A stretch of DNA of 31,541 bases from Clostridia bacterium (GTDB lineage Bacteria; Bacillota; Clostridia; Oscillospirales; CAG-382), in contig JAFYOG010000160.1 in NCBI GenBank assembly GCA_017560285.1, forward strand, positions 1-31,541, read 5' to 3'. The translations under genes were made by a program, and so were the position numbers. Below are positions 1 through 8,845 of the stretch, one piece after another (the stretch's first letter is position 1; the number at the start of each line of letters is the position of its first letter). The notes beneath the pieces are model-generated. The model ran no database searches, was not told the DNA's origin, and worked only from the letters and a program-made list of their open reading frames with translations.

Positions 1-309
1 GATTTTATCGGGGCGGGTGGAAATGCGTATGCTTTCTGCCACACCCTTTTTTATATAGCCCTTTGCGGTTTGCAAAAGCGATTCCATCCTATGCCGTTCT
101 ATGGCGGTAAAGCTGCCGCCGAAAAAGCCTATTTGGCTTTCCTCGGTACCAACCTCTTGGCTTTGCAAAAGGCTGTTAAGCTCTGCCAATTCGGTTTGCA
201 AATCCTTTTCTGCCTGCACGCCCGTTATTTTAACCTGCGAGCAAAAAACGCAACAGTTGGGGCAGCCTGCATGGGGCACGAAGAAAGGTATATTACGATG
301 GGTTTTCAT
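1..309 (-). CDS. Radical SAM protein (Elp3/YhcC-like), N-terminal part, runs off the window start
   Basis: Not in the ORF track; translated by hand from ATG at 309: MKTHRNIPFFVPHAGCPNCCVFCSQ...FFGGSFTAI...IRISTRPDKI. Has the CxxxCxxC cluster motif and is open to position 1. Overlaps the rnc 3' end by 17 bp; this family commonly follows rnc in Clostridia. Confidence 0.85.
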   Translation of the reverse strand, partial: MKTHRNIPFFVPHAGCPNCCVFCSQVKITGVQAEKDLQTELAELNSLLQSQEVGTEESQIGFFGGSFTAIERHRMESLLQTAKGYIKKGVAESIRISTRPDKI

Positions 310-1003
310 TAAGCTCACCAAGCAATATTAACGCTTCTTTTGCCGCCGCTTGCTCTGCTTCGCGCTTGCTTCTGCCCACACCCTTGCCAAGCAGGTTGGA
401 ATTTAGGTAAACCTCGTAGCTGAAGGTTCTGTCGTGGGGGGGACCCTCTTCGCCTACCAAGCGGTATGCAAGAACCTCCTCGGGGGTTTGTTGAACTATT
501 CTTTGCAAGCGGGATTTGTAATCCTCGGTACCGGTTTTGCTAACGGTTTCTAACATTTCGGTTATAAAGGGCAACACGAACGCCCTTGCCCGTTCCATAC
601 CGCCGTCAAGATAGATTGCGGCAAGAACTGCCTCGAAGGCATCGGCAATGGTGCTTTTGCGGTGTCTGCCGCCGGATTCGCCCTTGCCCAAAAGCATATA
701 ATCCCCAAGCTCTAATTTGTTGGAAAAGCTTGCCAACGCATCCTCGCACACCAACGCGGCGCGGGTACGGGTTAAAAAGCCCTCGTCGGCATTGGGAAAT
801 TGGTTAAACAAGAATTCTGCGGTGATAATAGATAAAACCGAATCGCCCAAAAATTCGCTTCTTTCGTTGCTTACGGTAAAGCCGTTTTTGCGGTTTTCGT
901 TGCAATAGGAAGAATGGGTTAGGGCAACCCGCAAATATTCTATATTGTTAAAGCTGTAATTTATTTTATTTTCCAAATGGCTTAGGGGCTTTTCCAAGGT
1001 CAT
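293..1003 (-). CDS. rnc: Ribonuclease III
   Basis: Signature NERSEFLGDSVL, ADAFEAVLAAIYLDGG, C-terminal dsRBD (DYKSRLQ...GPPHDRTF...GRSKREAEQAAA). RBS GGAGG upstream. Confidence 0.97.
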   Translation of the reverse strand: MTLEKPLSHLENKINYSFNNIEYLRVALTHSSYCNENRKNGFTVSNERSEFLGDSVLSIITAEFLFNQFPNADEGFLTRTRAALVCEDALASFSNKLELGDYMLLGKGESGGRHRKSTIADAFEAVLAAIYLDGGMERARAFVLPFITEMLETVSKTGTEDYKSRLQRIVQQTPEEVLAYRLVGEEGPPHDRTFSYEVYLNSNLLGKGVGRSKREAEQAAAKEALILLGELNENPS

Positions 1004-1005
1004 TT

Positions 1006-2010
1006 TTATTCCTCCGCGGAAGTTTTTGCCGTAGCTTGGGCAATTTTTTCGATAGTGCCGCCCTGACAGTAAAGCATAACCTGCTTTATTGCCGAACGGA
1101 AGGAATAAGCGTCGGAACTGCCGTGGGCTTTAACCACCGGCTTTGCAAGGCCCAAAAAGGGCGCGCCGCCGTATTCGGCAGGGTCAAGACGCTTTTTTAG
1201 CTTTTTGGTTTGGCGCAGGGTTAAAGCACCGCCCAGCATTGCAATGGGGTTTGCTTTAAATACGCCCTTTATGGATTTGGACATAAACTTTGCCATGCCC
1301 TCCATAAGCTTTAGGGTTACGTTGCCGGTAAAGCCGTCGCAGACCAAAACGTCGCAACCGCCGAAGGGCACTGTCTTGCCCTCGCAATTACCGATAAAGT
1401 TAATGCTTTTATCTTCGCTTAACAGCTTATATGCATCCTGCAAAATCTGTGTTCCCTTGTGGGGTTCGGTCCCGTTGTTAAGCAATGCAACACGGGGGCT
1501 TTCTATGCCCAAAACGTTTTCGGCATAGATAGAGCCCATTTTTGCATAAAGCTGTAAAACCTCGGGGGATGCATCTAAATTAGCACCGCAATCCAACAGT
1601 ATAAAGGGCTTATCTAAGGGCATTATAGAGCCCAGTGCCGCACGGCGAATGCCCTTTATGCGGCGGATAATAAGCGAGCTCGCGGTAAACAGCGCACCGG
1701 TGTTGCCTGCGCTTACAACCGCATCTGCCTTGCCCTCTTTACAAAGGGTAGCCGCCATAACCATGGTGGAATCCTTTTTATCCTTCATAACTATCGCAGG
1801 GTCGTCTGTCATTTCCACAACGGAATTTGCGGTAACCGCGGTTACGTTTTCGGGCAATGGGGGAAGTGCGGCAACCGCTTCCTCGGTGCCCACAAGAATA
1901 AGGCTTAAGCCCTGATTTTTAAATTCCTTTGCGGCGTTAAGTGCACCCGCGGCAAGCTCGCTTGCGGGGTTATCGCCGCCCATTATATCTACTGCAACGG
2001 TAATTTTCAT
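1006..2010 (-). CDS. plsX: Phosphate acyltransferase PlsX
   Basis: AVDIMGGDN, VSAGNTGA, LDCGAN, LLNNGTEPHKG, DVLVCDGFTGNVTLK, YGGAPFLG, KAHGSS motifs. Confidence 0.96.
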   Translation of the reverse strand: MKITVAVDIMGGDNPASELAAGALNAAKEFKNQGLSLILVGTEEAVAALPPLPENVTAVTANSVVEMTDDPAIVMKDKKDSTMVMAATLCKEGKADAVVSAGNTGALFTASSLIIRRIKGIRRAALGSIMPLDKPFILLDCGANLDASPEVLQLYAKMGSIYAENVLGIESPRVALLNNGTEPHKGTQILQDAYKLLSEDKSINFIGNCEGKTVPFGGCDVLVCDGFTGNVTLKLMEGMAKFMSKSIKGVFKANPIAMLGGALTLRQTKKLKKRLDPAEYGGAPFLGLAKPVVKAHGSSDAYSFRSAIKQVMLYCQGGTIEKIAQATAKTSAEE

Positions 2011-4250
2011 TTGCTTTCACTCCAGCCGCATTTATTTTTGCAATAATAAACCTCGCCGGTTTTCTTCTTCAATACCGCTTCTCCGCAACGGGGGCAACGG
2101 CGGTCGGTGGGAATATCCCAAGAGGAAAAGCTGCAGTTGGGGTAATCCTCGCAGGCGTAATAGGTTTTACGGCTCTTCGTTTGCTTTACCATAATACGCT
2201 TACCGCAATCGGGGCAAACCACACCGCTGTCGCGGCGGTAGGAAACGGCGGTTTTACATTCGGGGTAATTACGGCAGGCAAAAAAGCTGCCGTGGGGACC
2301 CTTGCGAAGTATCATATCGTTGCCGCAGTTGGGGCATTTTTCGTCTGCAATAACCTCGGCGGTCTTTTTGCTTTCGGCTTCCTCTGCAACCGGCTTTTCT
2401 GCCTCGTCAAGACGCTTTGTGTTGCGGCATTTGGGGTAATTGGGGCAGGCGGCAAACTTGCCGTAGCGACCTGTTTTTTCTACCATTACCGCGCCGCATT
2501 TTTCGCATATGATACCTGTTTCTACCTTGGGGATTTCTACCTTTTCGCTGCCCAAGGTTTTTTCGGCTTCTTCTAACTGTTCCTGAAAAGGACCGTAAAA
2601 ATCGCGGATAACGCCCACGTAATCGGTGCCGCCCTCTTCTATGCGGTCTAAATTTTCTTCCATTTCGGCAGTGAAATTATAATCTACAATATGCGAGAAG
2701 GATTGCTTCATTGTTTCGGTGGTAACAAAGCCAAGCTCGGTAGGAATAAGGAATTTGCCCTCGCGGCGGATATACCCGCGGGAAATTATTGTGGTAATAG
2801 TTGCGGTATAGGTAGAAGGTCTGCCTATTCCCTTATCCTCTAACACCTTAACCAAAGAACCCTCGGTAAAGCGGGAGGGGGGCTGGGTAAACTTTTGCTC
2901 GGGTGCAATTTCTTGGGCTGTAACGGTTTCGCCCTCGGAAAGGTCGGGCAGCATTGCTCCGCTTTCTTCGTCGGCGGTATCGTCTAAAATATCGCCGTAA
3001 ACCGCGGCAAAGCCTTTAAACTTTACGTTATGGCCGTTTGCGCGGAAAATGCAACCGTTGCATTCTATATCTGCCGAAACGGTATCCAACAGCTCGGACG
3101 CCATTTGAGATGCGATAAAGCGTTCCCAAATAAGCTTGTAAAGCTTGTATTGGTCGTTGGTGATTTTACCCTTAACCGATTCGGGCGTGATGGCAGGGTC
3201 GGTGGGGCGAATAGCCTCGTGAGCGTCCTGCGCGTTCTTTTTCATTTTAAATTCGTTGGGGGCGGCGGGATAATATTCCGCGCCGTATTTGCTTATAATA
3301 ACGTTCTTTGCCGATTCACGCGCTTCCTCGGAAATACGCAAGGAATCGGTACGCATATAGGTTATAAGACCGTGGGTGCTTTTTTCGCCAAGGCTTACAC
3401 CTTCGTAAAGCTCTTGGGCAATAAGCATTGTCTTTTGGGATTGGAAGGAAAGCTTGCGGTTTGCATCCTGCTGTAGGGTAGAGGTAATAAAGGGGGGCGC
3501 GGGACGGCGTTGCTTTAACGCGCGTTTAACCGAATCCACACGGAAATTGCCCTTTTCGATGGCGGCAAGAATTTGCTTTACCTGCGCTTCGCAGTTAATA
3601 TCCTGTTTTTTGCCGTCGGTGCCGTAGAATTTTGCCTTAAATACCTCGCCTTCGGAAGTAACGAAGGTGGCGGGGATAACCCAATATTCCTCGGGCTTAA
3701 AGGCGTTAATTTCCTGTTCGCGCTCTACAACTATACGGGTTGCAACCGATTGAACTCTGCCCGCAGAAAGACCGTTCTTTATATGCTTCCAAAGGAATGG
3801 GGAAATTTTATAACCAACCAAGCGGTCTAAAATACGTCTGGTCTGTTGGCTGTTAACCATATTCATATCGATATCGCGGGGGTGCTTTATAGCTTCCTTT
3901 ACCACGTTTTTGGTAATGGAGTTAAAGGTTATGCGCTTTATCTTTGCAGGGTCTACGTTAAGAACCTTTGCAAGATGCCAGCTTATGGCTTCTCCTTCCC
4001 GGTCGGGGTCGGCGGCGAGGAATACGCGGTCTGCCGCCTTGGCTTCCTTGCGAAGCTCGTTAATAAGCTCGCCTTTGCCGCGGATGTTTATATATTGGGG
4101 CTGAAAATCGTTATCGATATCTATACCCAGCTTGCTTTTGGGCAGGTCGCGTACGTGCCCTTTGCAGGATTTAACCTTATAGCCCTTGCCCAAAAAGCTT
4201 TTTACCGTATTTACCTTGTGGGGGGACTCCAAAATTACCAACGTGTTCAT
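2007..4250 (-). CDS. topA: DNA topoisomerase I with four C-terminal Cys zinc-ribbon repeats
   Basis: TOPRIM start LVILESPHK, DPDREGEAI, SAGRVQS, active-site ITYMRTDS, GIGRPSTY. Start moved from 4313 to the ATG at 4250 (MNTLVILES), which has AAGGAG upstream. ATGA overlap with plsX. Confidence 0.96.
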   Translation of the reverse strand: MNTLVILESPHKVNTVKSFLGKGYKVKSCKGHVRDLPKSKLGIDIDNDFQPQYINIRGKGELINELRKEAKAADRVFLAADPDREGEAISWHLAKVLNVDPAKIKRITFNSITKNVVKEAIKHPRDIDMNMVNSQQTRRILDRLVGYKISPFLWKHIKNGLSAGRVQSVATRIVVEREQEINAFKPEEYWVIPATFVTSEGEVFKAKFYGTDGKKQDINCEAQVKQILAAIEKGNFRVDSVKRALKQRRPAPPFITSTLQQDANRKLSFQSQKTMLIAQELYEGVSLGEKSTHGLITYMRTDSLRISEEARESAKNVIISKYGAEYYPAAPNEFKMKKNAQDAHEAIRPTDPAITPESVKGKITNDQYKLYKLIWERFIASQMASELLDTVSADIECNGCIFRANGHNVKFKGFAAVYGDILDDTADEESGAMLPDLSEGETVTAQEIAPEQKFTQPPSRFTEGSLVKVLEDKGIGRPSTYTATITTIISRGYIRREGKFLIPTELGFVTTETMKQSFSHIVDYNFTAEMEENLDRIEEGGTDYVGVIRDFYGPFQEQLEEAEKTLGSEKVEIPKVETGIICEKCGAVMVEKTGRYGKFAACPNYPKCRNTKRLDEAEKPVAEEAESKKTAEVIADEKCPNCGNDMILRKGPHGSFFACRNYPECKTAVSYRRDSGVVCPDCGKRIMVKQTKSRKTYYACEDYPNCSFSSWDIPTDRRCPRCGEAVLKKKTGEVYYCKNKCGWSESK

Positions 4251-4272
4251 ATAGGTGTATTTCTCCTTAAGA

Positions 4273-5490
4273 TTATGCTTTTGCTTTAGTGTATCTTCCG
4301 CCGGGGGATGCAAGTACCTTGCCCTCGATTTCCATAACCGTAAGCTCGCACATTATTTCCGAAACTGCAATACCGGTTATTTGGGTAAGCTCATCGGCGC
4401 TTATGGGCTTGCTTATGCTTAGGGCGGAAAGTATTTTATCTGCCAAGGTATTGCCGCCGTTTTCTTGTGGTAGGGCGGTAACTTCCTCCGGGGCAGAGAT
4501 GATTTCTGTTTTAACGGTCGGTTCTGCAACCGGTTCTTCCTTAATAGGCTCCTCGGTTATTGGTGCAGTCCCGTAGGAACGCAGCTTAGAGGTAACCGAA
4601 GGGGTATATTGCCGCATTATTTCGGGGTGTTCCAAAACCAAAACCGATATTATATCCTGCGGTTCGGTAGCGGCAGGAACGCCGTTCTTTATAAGGGTGT
4701 TGGTGCCCGAATTCTCGGTGCCGATTGCGCCGGGCACAGCAAAAACGTGCTTGCCCTGCTCTAACCCGTGGCGGGCGGTTATTAATGCTCCGCTGGATTC
4801 CCCTGCCTCGATAACCACTATCGCATCGCTAAGACCGCTTATTATACGGTTGCGGTTGGGAAAATCGGCTTTCGTGCGGGGACAGCCGGGGTACATTTCG
4901 CTTATAACCGCGCCCCGCTGATAAAGGGTCTGAAACGCTTTTAAATTTTCTTTGGGATAAACGTCGCCTATGGGGTTGCCCAAAACGGCAACCGTATAGC
5001 CGCCTGCCATAATTGCACCGCGGTGGGCGGCGGTATCTATGCCTGCCGCAAGACCGCTTATTACGTAAGCACCGCTTTTGCAGAAATTATATGCAAAATT
5101 TTCGGCAATATCCTTACCTGCAGATGTCATTTTGCGTTTGCCCACAACCGCAACGCAGGGAATGCCGTTTAAGCTTTTTAAATCGCCCATAACGTACAGC
5201 ACAGAAGGCGGGGTTGGGATTCGGCGCAAGGATTTGGGATAAAGGTTATCGTAATAACCCACCACCTGCGCCCCCATGCTTTGACAGCGCTTTAAAATCT
5301 CGAAGGCTTGTGAGGTATCTTTATTTTCAAGACGGTTGATATATTTTTGCTTTTTATCGCCAAGGAAGGAAAAATCGTTGCAATTATAAATTTCCTCTAT
5401 GCCGTTATATTTGCCCAATATTTCCCCTGCAATACCGTTGCAAATGCCCGTGGCAAGCTGAAACCAGATATAAAGTATAGCCTGCTTCAT
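4273..5490 (-). CDS. dprA: DNA-processing protein DprA/Smf
   Basis: YPKSLRRIPTPPSVLY, VISGLAAGIDTAAH, FPNRNRIISGLS, SGALITA, VFAVPG and a C-terminal winged-helix-like segment. The dprA-topA order is conserved in Firmicutes. Confidence 0.94.
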   Translation of the reverse strand: MKQAILYIWFQLATGICNGIAGEILGKYNGIEEIYNCNDFSFLGDKKQKYINRLENKDTSQAFEILKRCQSMGAQVVGYYDNLYPKSLRRIPTPPSVLYVMGDLKSLNGIPCVAVVGKRKMTSAGKDIAENFAYNFCKSGAYVISGLAAGIDTAAHRGAIMAGGYTVAVLGNPIGDVYPKENLKAFQTLYQRGAVISEMYPGCPRTKADFPNRNRIISGLSDAIVVIEAGESSGALITARHGLEQGKHVFAVPGAIGTENSGTNTLIKNGVPAATEPQDIISVLVLEHPEIMRQYTPSVTSKLRSYGTAPITEEPIKEEPVAEPTVKTEIISAPEEVTALPQENGGNTLADKILSALSISKPISADELTQITGIAVSEIMCELTVMEIEGKVLASPGGRYTKAKA

Positions 5491-6281
5491 TACATTTTAC
5501 CCCGTTTTGCTTCCCACAGTATAACTGCGGCGGCGGTGGCGGCGTTAAGGCTTTCGGTCTTGCCGCTCATGGGGATAATTGCGGTAAGGTCGCATTGGGC
5601 AATAACCTCTTCCTTTAAGCCCTTTCCCTCGTTGCCCACCATAAAGCAATCGTCGTTATTTATATCGAACCTGCCCAAGGTTTGGGCTTTATCGGTAAGG
5701 GCGGTTGCAATAACCCGCTTGCCCTGACTTTGTAACAGCGTTACGCAATCTAAGGCGGTATCTGCAACGTACACGTTGGCAAAGAACATAGCGCCCATTG
5801 TTGCTCTAACGGTTTTGGGGGAATAAATATCGGCGCAATTACCGCAAAGAATTATATTGCAATCCAAGGCGGCGGCGGTGCGTATAACCGTGCCAACGTT
5901 GCCGTTATCCTGCAAATCTGCAAGGGCGATGCTTGTGCCCTTTAATTCCTTAACCGTTTCTTGGCTTAAGGGCTTTATATTATTTAGCCGTTCCGCAACG
6001 GTAAAAATGCCTTGGGGTGCCTTTTCCTCGGTAAGCTTTTCGTAAACAGAGCCTGTAACCGAAAATACCTCGCACCCTGCGGAATTGATAAGGTCCCGAT
6101 ATTTGTTAAGGGCATCCTCACGCACAAAAAGCATTTTGGGATCCCTTCCGCTGCGGATATATTCCTCTAACAGATGCACACCCTCGAAGCAAAACAGCCC
6201 TTCGGCTTCTCTGCCCTTTTTGGCGGTAAGGGTTGCCGCCCATTTTATTGTAGGGTTGTTTCTCGATTCTATATGCTTCAT
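5490..6281 (-). CDS. TrmH/SpoU family RNA 2'-O-methyltransferase
   Basis: IESRNNP N-terminus, LQDNGNVGTVIRTAAA, VGNEGKGL, IPMSGKTESLNAA. Start set at ATG 6281 (RBS AAAGGA) rather than 6341. Confidence 0.93.
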   Translation of the reverse strand: MKHIESRNNPTIKWAATLTAKKGREAEGLFCFEGVHLLEEYIRSGRDPKMLFVREDALNKYRDLINSAGCEVFSVTGSVYEKLTEEKAPQGIFTVAERLNNIKPLSQETVKELKGTSIALADLQDNGNVGTVIRTAAALDCNIILCGNCADIYSPKTVRATMGAMFFANVYVADTALDCVTLLQSQGKRVIATALTDKAQTLGRFDINNDDCFMVGNEGKGLKEEVIAQCDLTAIIPMSGKTESLNAATAAAVILWEAKRGKM

Positions 6282-6358
6282 AAAAATCCTTTTAGGTGAT
6301 AGCGTTCTGCGCCGTCGCAAACGACAAAACAAAAAATCCATACATTATAATATATATA

Positions 6359-6387
6359 ATAATAGTACGGATTTTTTATCTTGTCAA
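6359..6387 (-). promoter_or_regulatory. sigmaA-type promoter for the trmH-dprA-topA-plsX-rnc run
   Basis: Minus strand TTGACA (6387-6382), 17-bp spacer, TATTAT (6364-6359). Confidence 0.7.
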
Positions 6388-6407
6388 TATTAAATTTTAG
6401 AATATTT

Positions 6408-7262
6408 TCAGTCGAAGCATCTTTTGCCTACGAGGATTCTGTCGATTCCGCCGTAATCCTTTATTACCGCAACCTGAAAACCGTTTTCCTGCATTATTTT
6501 AGATACGTCCTCGCATTGGTTAATGCCGATTTCGTAAATAAGCACGCCGTCCCGCTTTAAAATATAGGGGGAAAGGGCGGTTACCGTGCGGTAATAGCGC
6601 AAGCCGTCCTCGCCGCCGTCAAGGGCGGTATCTGGCTCGAAGCCAACCTGCGGCGCAAGGGTTAAAATATCGTCGGTAGGAATGTAAGGGGGGTTACAAA
6701 TAATAAGGTCCAAGGGCTTTTCCATAACCGCCGCAAGCTCGATATAATCGTCCTCGTCCAAGGCATCAAAGCGCTTTACGGCAACGTTTCTTTGCTCGGC
6801 AAGGTTTTTTTCGGTATAGGGCAAAGCTTTAAGGGAAAGCTCTAAGGCATAACCGCTTACGGTGGGCTTTTCTGCGGCGATAGCTTTTGCAATACAGCCG
6901 CTTCCGCTGCAGATATCGGCAAACAAATCGCCGTCCTTTAAAATACCCAACGCCGCCTTTACACCTATTTCGGTATCGCTTCGGGGAATAAAAACGCCGT
7001 CGCCAACGTTGATTTCATAGCCGTAAAAATTGCATTTTCCAAGGACGTACTGCAAGGGCTTGCCAAGGGAAAGCTCGAACACGGCACCGCTTACGAAGGC
7101 ATCGATAGAACGGGGTGTTTCGTCGTCTAAATGGGCAAGCAGATACCCCCGCTCGGTGTTAAGCGCCTCGCACAGTAATATATCGGCAATAACGTCCCCT
7201 TCCTCGGGGGATATGCTCATAAGCATTTCTTTTAGTTTGTTTCTGTAATCTCTAAGCTTCAA
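6408..7262 (-). CDS. prmC: Release factor glutamine methyltransferase PrmC/HemK
   Basis: GKPLQYVLG, VFIPRSDTE, DICSGSGCI, CNPPYIP, ALDGGEDGLRYY. TTG start overlaps the upstream stop by 11 bp. Confidence 0.94.
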   Translation of the reverse strand: MKLRDYRNKLKEMLMSISPEEGDVIADILLCEALNTERGYLLAHLDDETPRSIDAFVSGAVFELSLGKPLQYVLGKCNFYGYEINVGDGVFIPRSDTEIGVKAALGILKDGDLFADICSGSGCIAKAIAAEKPTVSGYALELSLKALPYTEKNLAEQRNVAVKRFDALDEDDYIELAAVMEKPLDLIICNPPYIPTDDILTLAPQVGFEPDTALDGGEDGLRYYRTVTALSPYILKRDGVLIYEIGINQCEDVSKIMQENGFQVAVIKDYGGIDRILVGKRCFD

Positions 7263-8385
7263 GGTTAGTTTCTTCCTTTGCTTCGGTTTCTTCGGGATTT
7301 TCTGCGGTTTCTTCGGTGGTTTCTTCGGTGGTTTCTTCTTTATTTTCCCATTCCTTCATAGCTAAAACGCATTCCTCGTAAAAGTTAGGGAAATCGTCGG
7401 GAAGGGCGCATTTTAAAGAGGTTATACCTACTTCGATAATATCGTCCTCGGGTTCGCGGGTGGTGAGGTTTTGCATCCAAAGACCGGGCTTTGCAAGGAT
7501 GCGAATAAGCAGGTTATCGTGCTTGCCTGCATAACGTATAAATTCGTAGCCGATGCCCATGGTAAAGGGCAACAGGCAGATTTTTATAAGGCTTCTTAGC
7601 CATACGGTATCGATAGTGATAAAAATACCTATAAATATGGATAAAAGCATCATCGCGAACATAAACGAGGTGCCGCAACGGGGGTGGAAGCGGGATTGCT
7701 TTTTAACGTTTTCTACGGTAAGCTCTAAGCCTGCCTCGTAGCAGAAAATGCTTTTATGCTCTGCCCCGTGGTATTTGTAAACACGCTTCATATCGGGGAT
7801 AAGCGAGGTTAGCCAAATATACGCCACAAAAATAACGACCTTAAGCACGCCCTCGACAACACTGCGGATAACGCCGGTTGCCGATGCATTGCCGATTATA
7901 TATTTTATGCCGTTTTCGGTACGGGTAGGTTCGCCGAACCATTCCAAAACCAAGCCGCCGATAAAGGTGGGCAACCAAATAAACAGCAGTGCCGCCAAGG
8001 CAACGCCAAGCACCATTGCAACGGCGGAAACAACCGAAATAAGCCATTTTCCGCAATGCTTTTCTACCCATTTATCGAACTTTGATGCGTTTTCCTCTTG
8101 GTAATCTAACCCAAGCATATCGGTGCCCGTGTTAATGGTGGAAAAGGATTGCACCATAGATTCTATAAAAGCAACGAAACCGCGCAAAATGGGAAGCTTG
8201 AATATTTTGATTTTATCCGAAACAGAGCTGTTGGGCTTGCGGGTAACGGCTATTTTTTTGTTATCCATACGGCGCACTGCTATTGCGGTAAGGGTTTTGC
8301 TCTTCATCATAACCCCTTCGATAATAGCCTGACCGCCTACGCCACCCAGCCTGCAGTTTTTAGGCTGTTTGTCTTTTTTGCTCAT
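7252..8385 (-). CDS. DUF1385 (YqhQ-like) membrane protein
   Basis: GGQAIIEGVMM, YHGAEHKSIFCYE, SRFHPRCGTSF, PGLWMQNLTTREP. DUF1385 usually precedes prmC. Ends in an acidic E/T-rich tail. Confidence 0.9.
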   Translation of the reverse strand: MSKKDKQPKNCRLGGVGGQAIIEGVMMKSKTLTAIAVRRMDNKKIAVTRKPNSSVSDKIKIFKLPILRGFVAFIESMVQSFSTINTGTDMLGLDYQEENASKFDKWVEKHCGKWLISVVSAVAMVLGVALAALLFIWLPTFIGGLVLEWFGEPTRTENGIKYIIGNASATGVIRSVVEGVLKVVIFVAYIWLTSLIPDMKRVYKYHGAEHKSIFCYEAGLELTVENVKKQSRFHPRCGTSFMFAMMLLSIFIGIFITIDTVWLRSLIKICLLPFTMGIGYEFIRYAGKHDNLLIRILAKPGLWMQNLTTREPEDDIIEVGITSLKCALPDDFPNFYEECVLAMKEWENKEETTEETTEETAENPEETEAKEETNLEA

Positions 8386-8515
8386 TTATAATGCTCCTTG
8401 TTAAAACAAATGTAAACTGTTGTTATTGATTTTTCCTCAATTTTGTATTATACTATACTAAACCTAAAAATAAAACCCCAAATTAAAAAAATTTACAAGT
8501 TTTGGTATCTTATTT

Positions 8516-8845
8516 ATGGAAAATAAAGTTTTTGCAAAGAACGACAGCGGTTTTGTTTGCGGTAATTGCGGCAAAGAGGTACCCCCCTTGGGCTATACCT
8601 CGCGTAATCATTGCCCATATTGCCTTTATTCCCGCCATCTTGACGTTAACCCAGGGGACAGAGCATCCGATTGCGGCGGGCTAATGCGCCCCGTTGCCGT
8701 TACGTCCCACCCCAAAAAGGGCTTTGTTATCACCCACAAATGCACCCTTTGCGGCAGCGAACGGAACAACAAAATGCAAGCCGACGACGATACTTCCCTG
8801 CTTATAAAGCTTACCAACCCCTATTTTGCGGAGGAATATAAATGA
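8516..8845 (+). CDS. RNHCP domain protein (putative Zn-binding)
   Basis: FVCGNCG, RNHCPYCLYSRHLD, PGDRASDCGGLM, HKCTLCG. Confidence 0.88.
   Translation: MENKVFAKNDSGFVCGNCGKEVPPLGYTSRNHCPYCLYSRHLDVNPGDRASDCGGLMRPVAVTSHPKKGFVITHKCTLCGSERNNKMQADDDTSLLIKLTNPYFAEEYK

Noticed and set aside
4251-4313. N-terminal extension of topA in the ORF track (likewise 6282-6341 for trmH and 29045-29074 for the Fur gene)
   Set aside because: Downstream ATGs have RBSs and match family N-termini; the extensions overlap dprA, a promoter or an operator.
7291-7350. 12-bp tandem repeat (TTTCTTCGGTGG) in the DUF1385 3' end
   Set aside because: Only about two to three degenerate in-frame copies encoding EETT; ordinary low-complexity tail.
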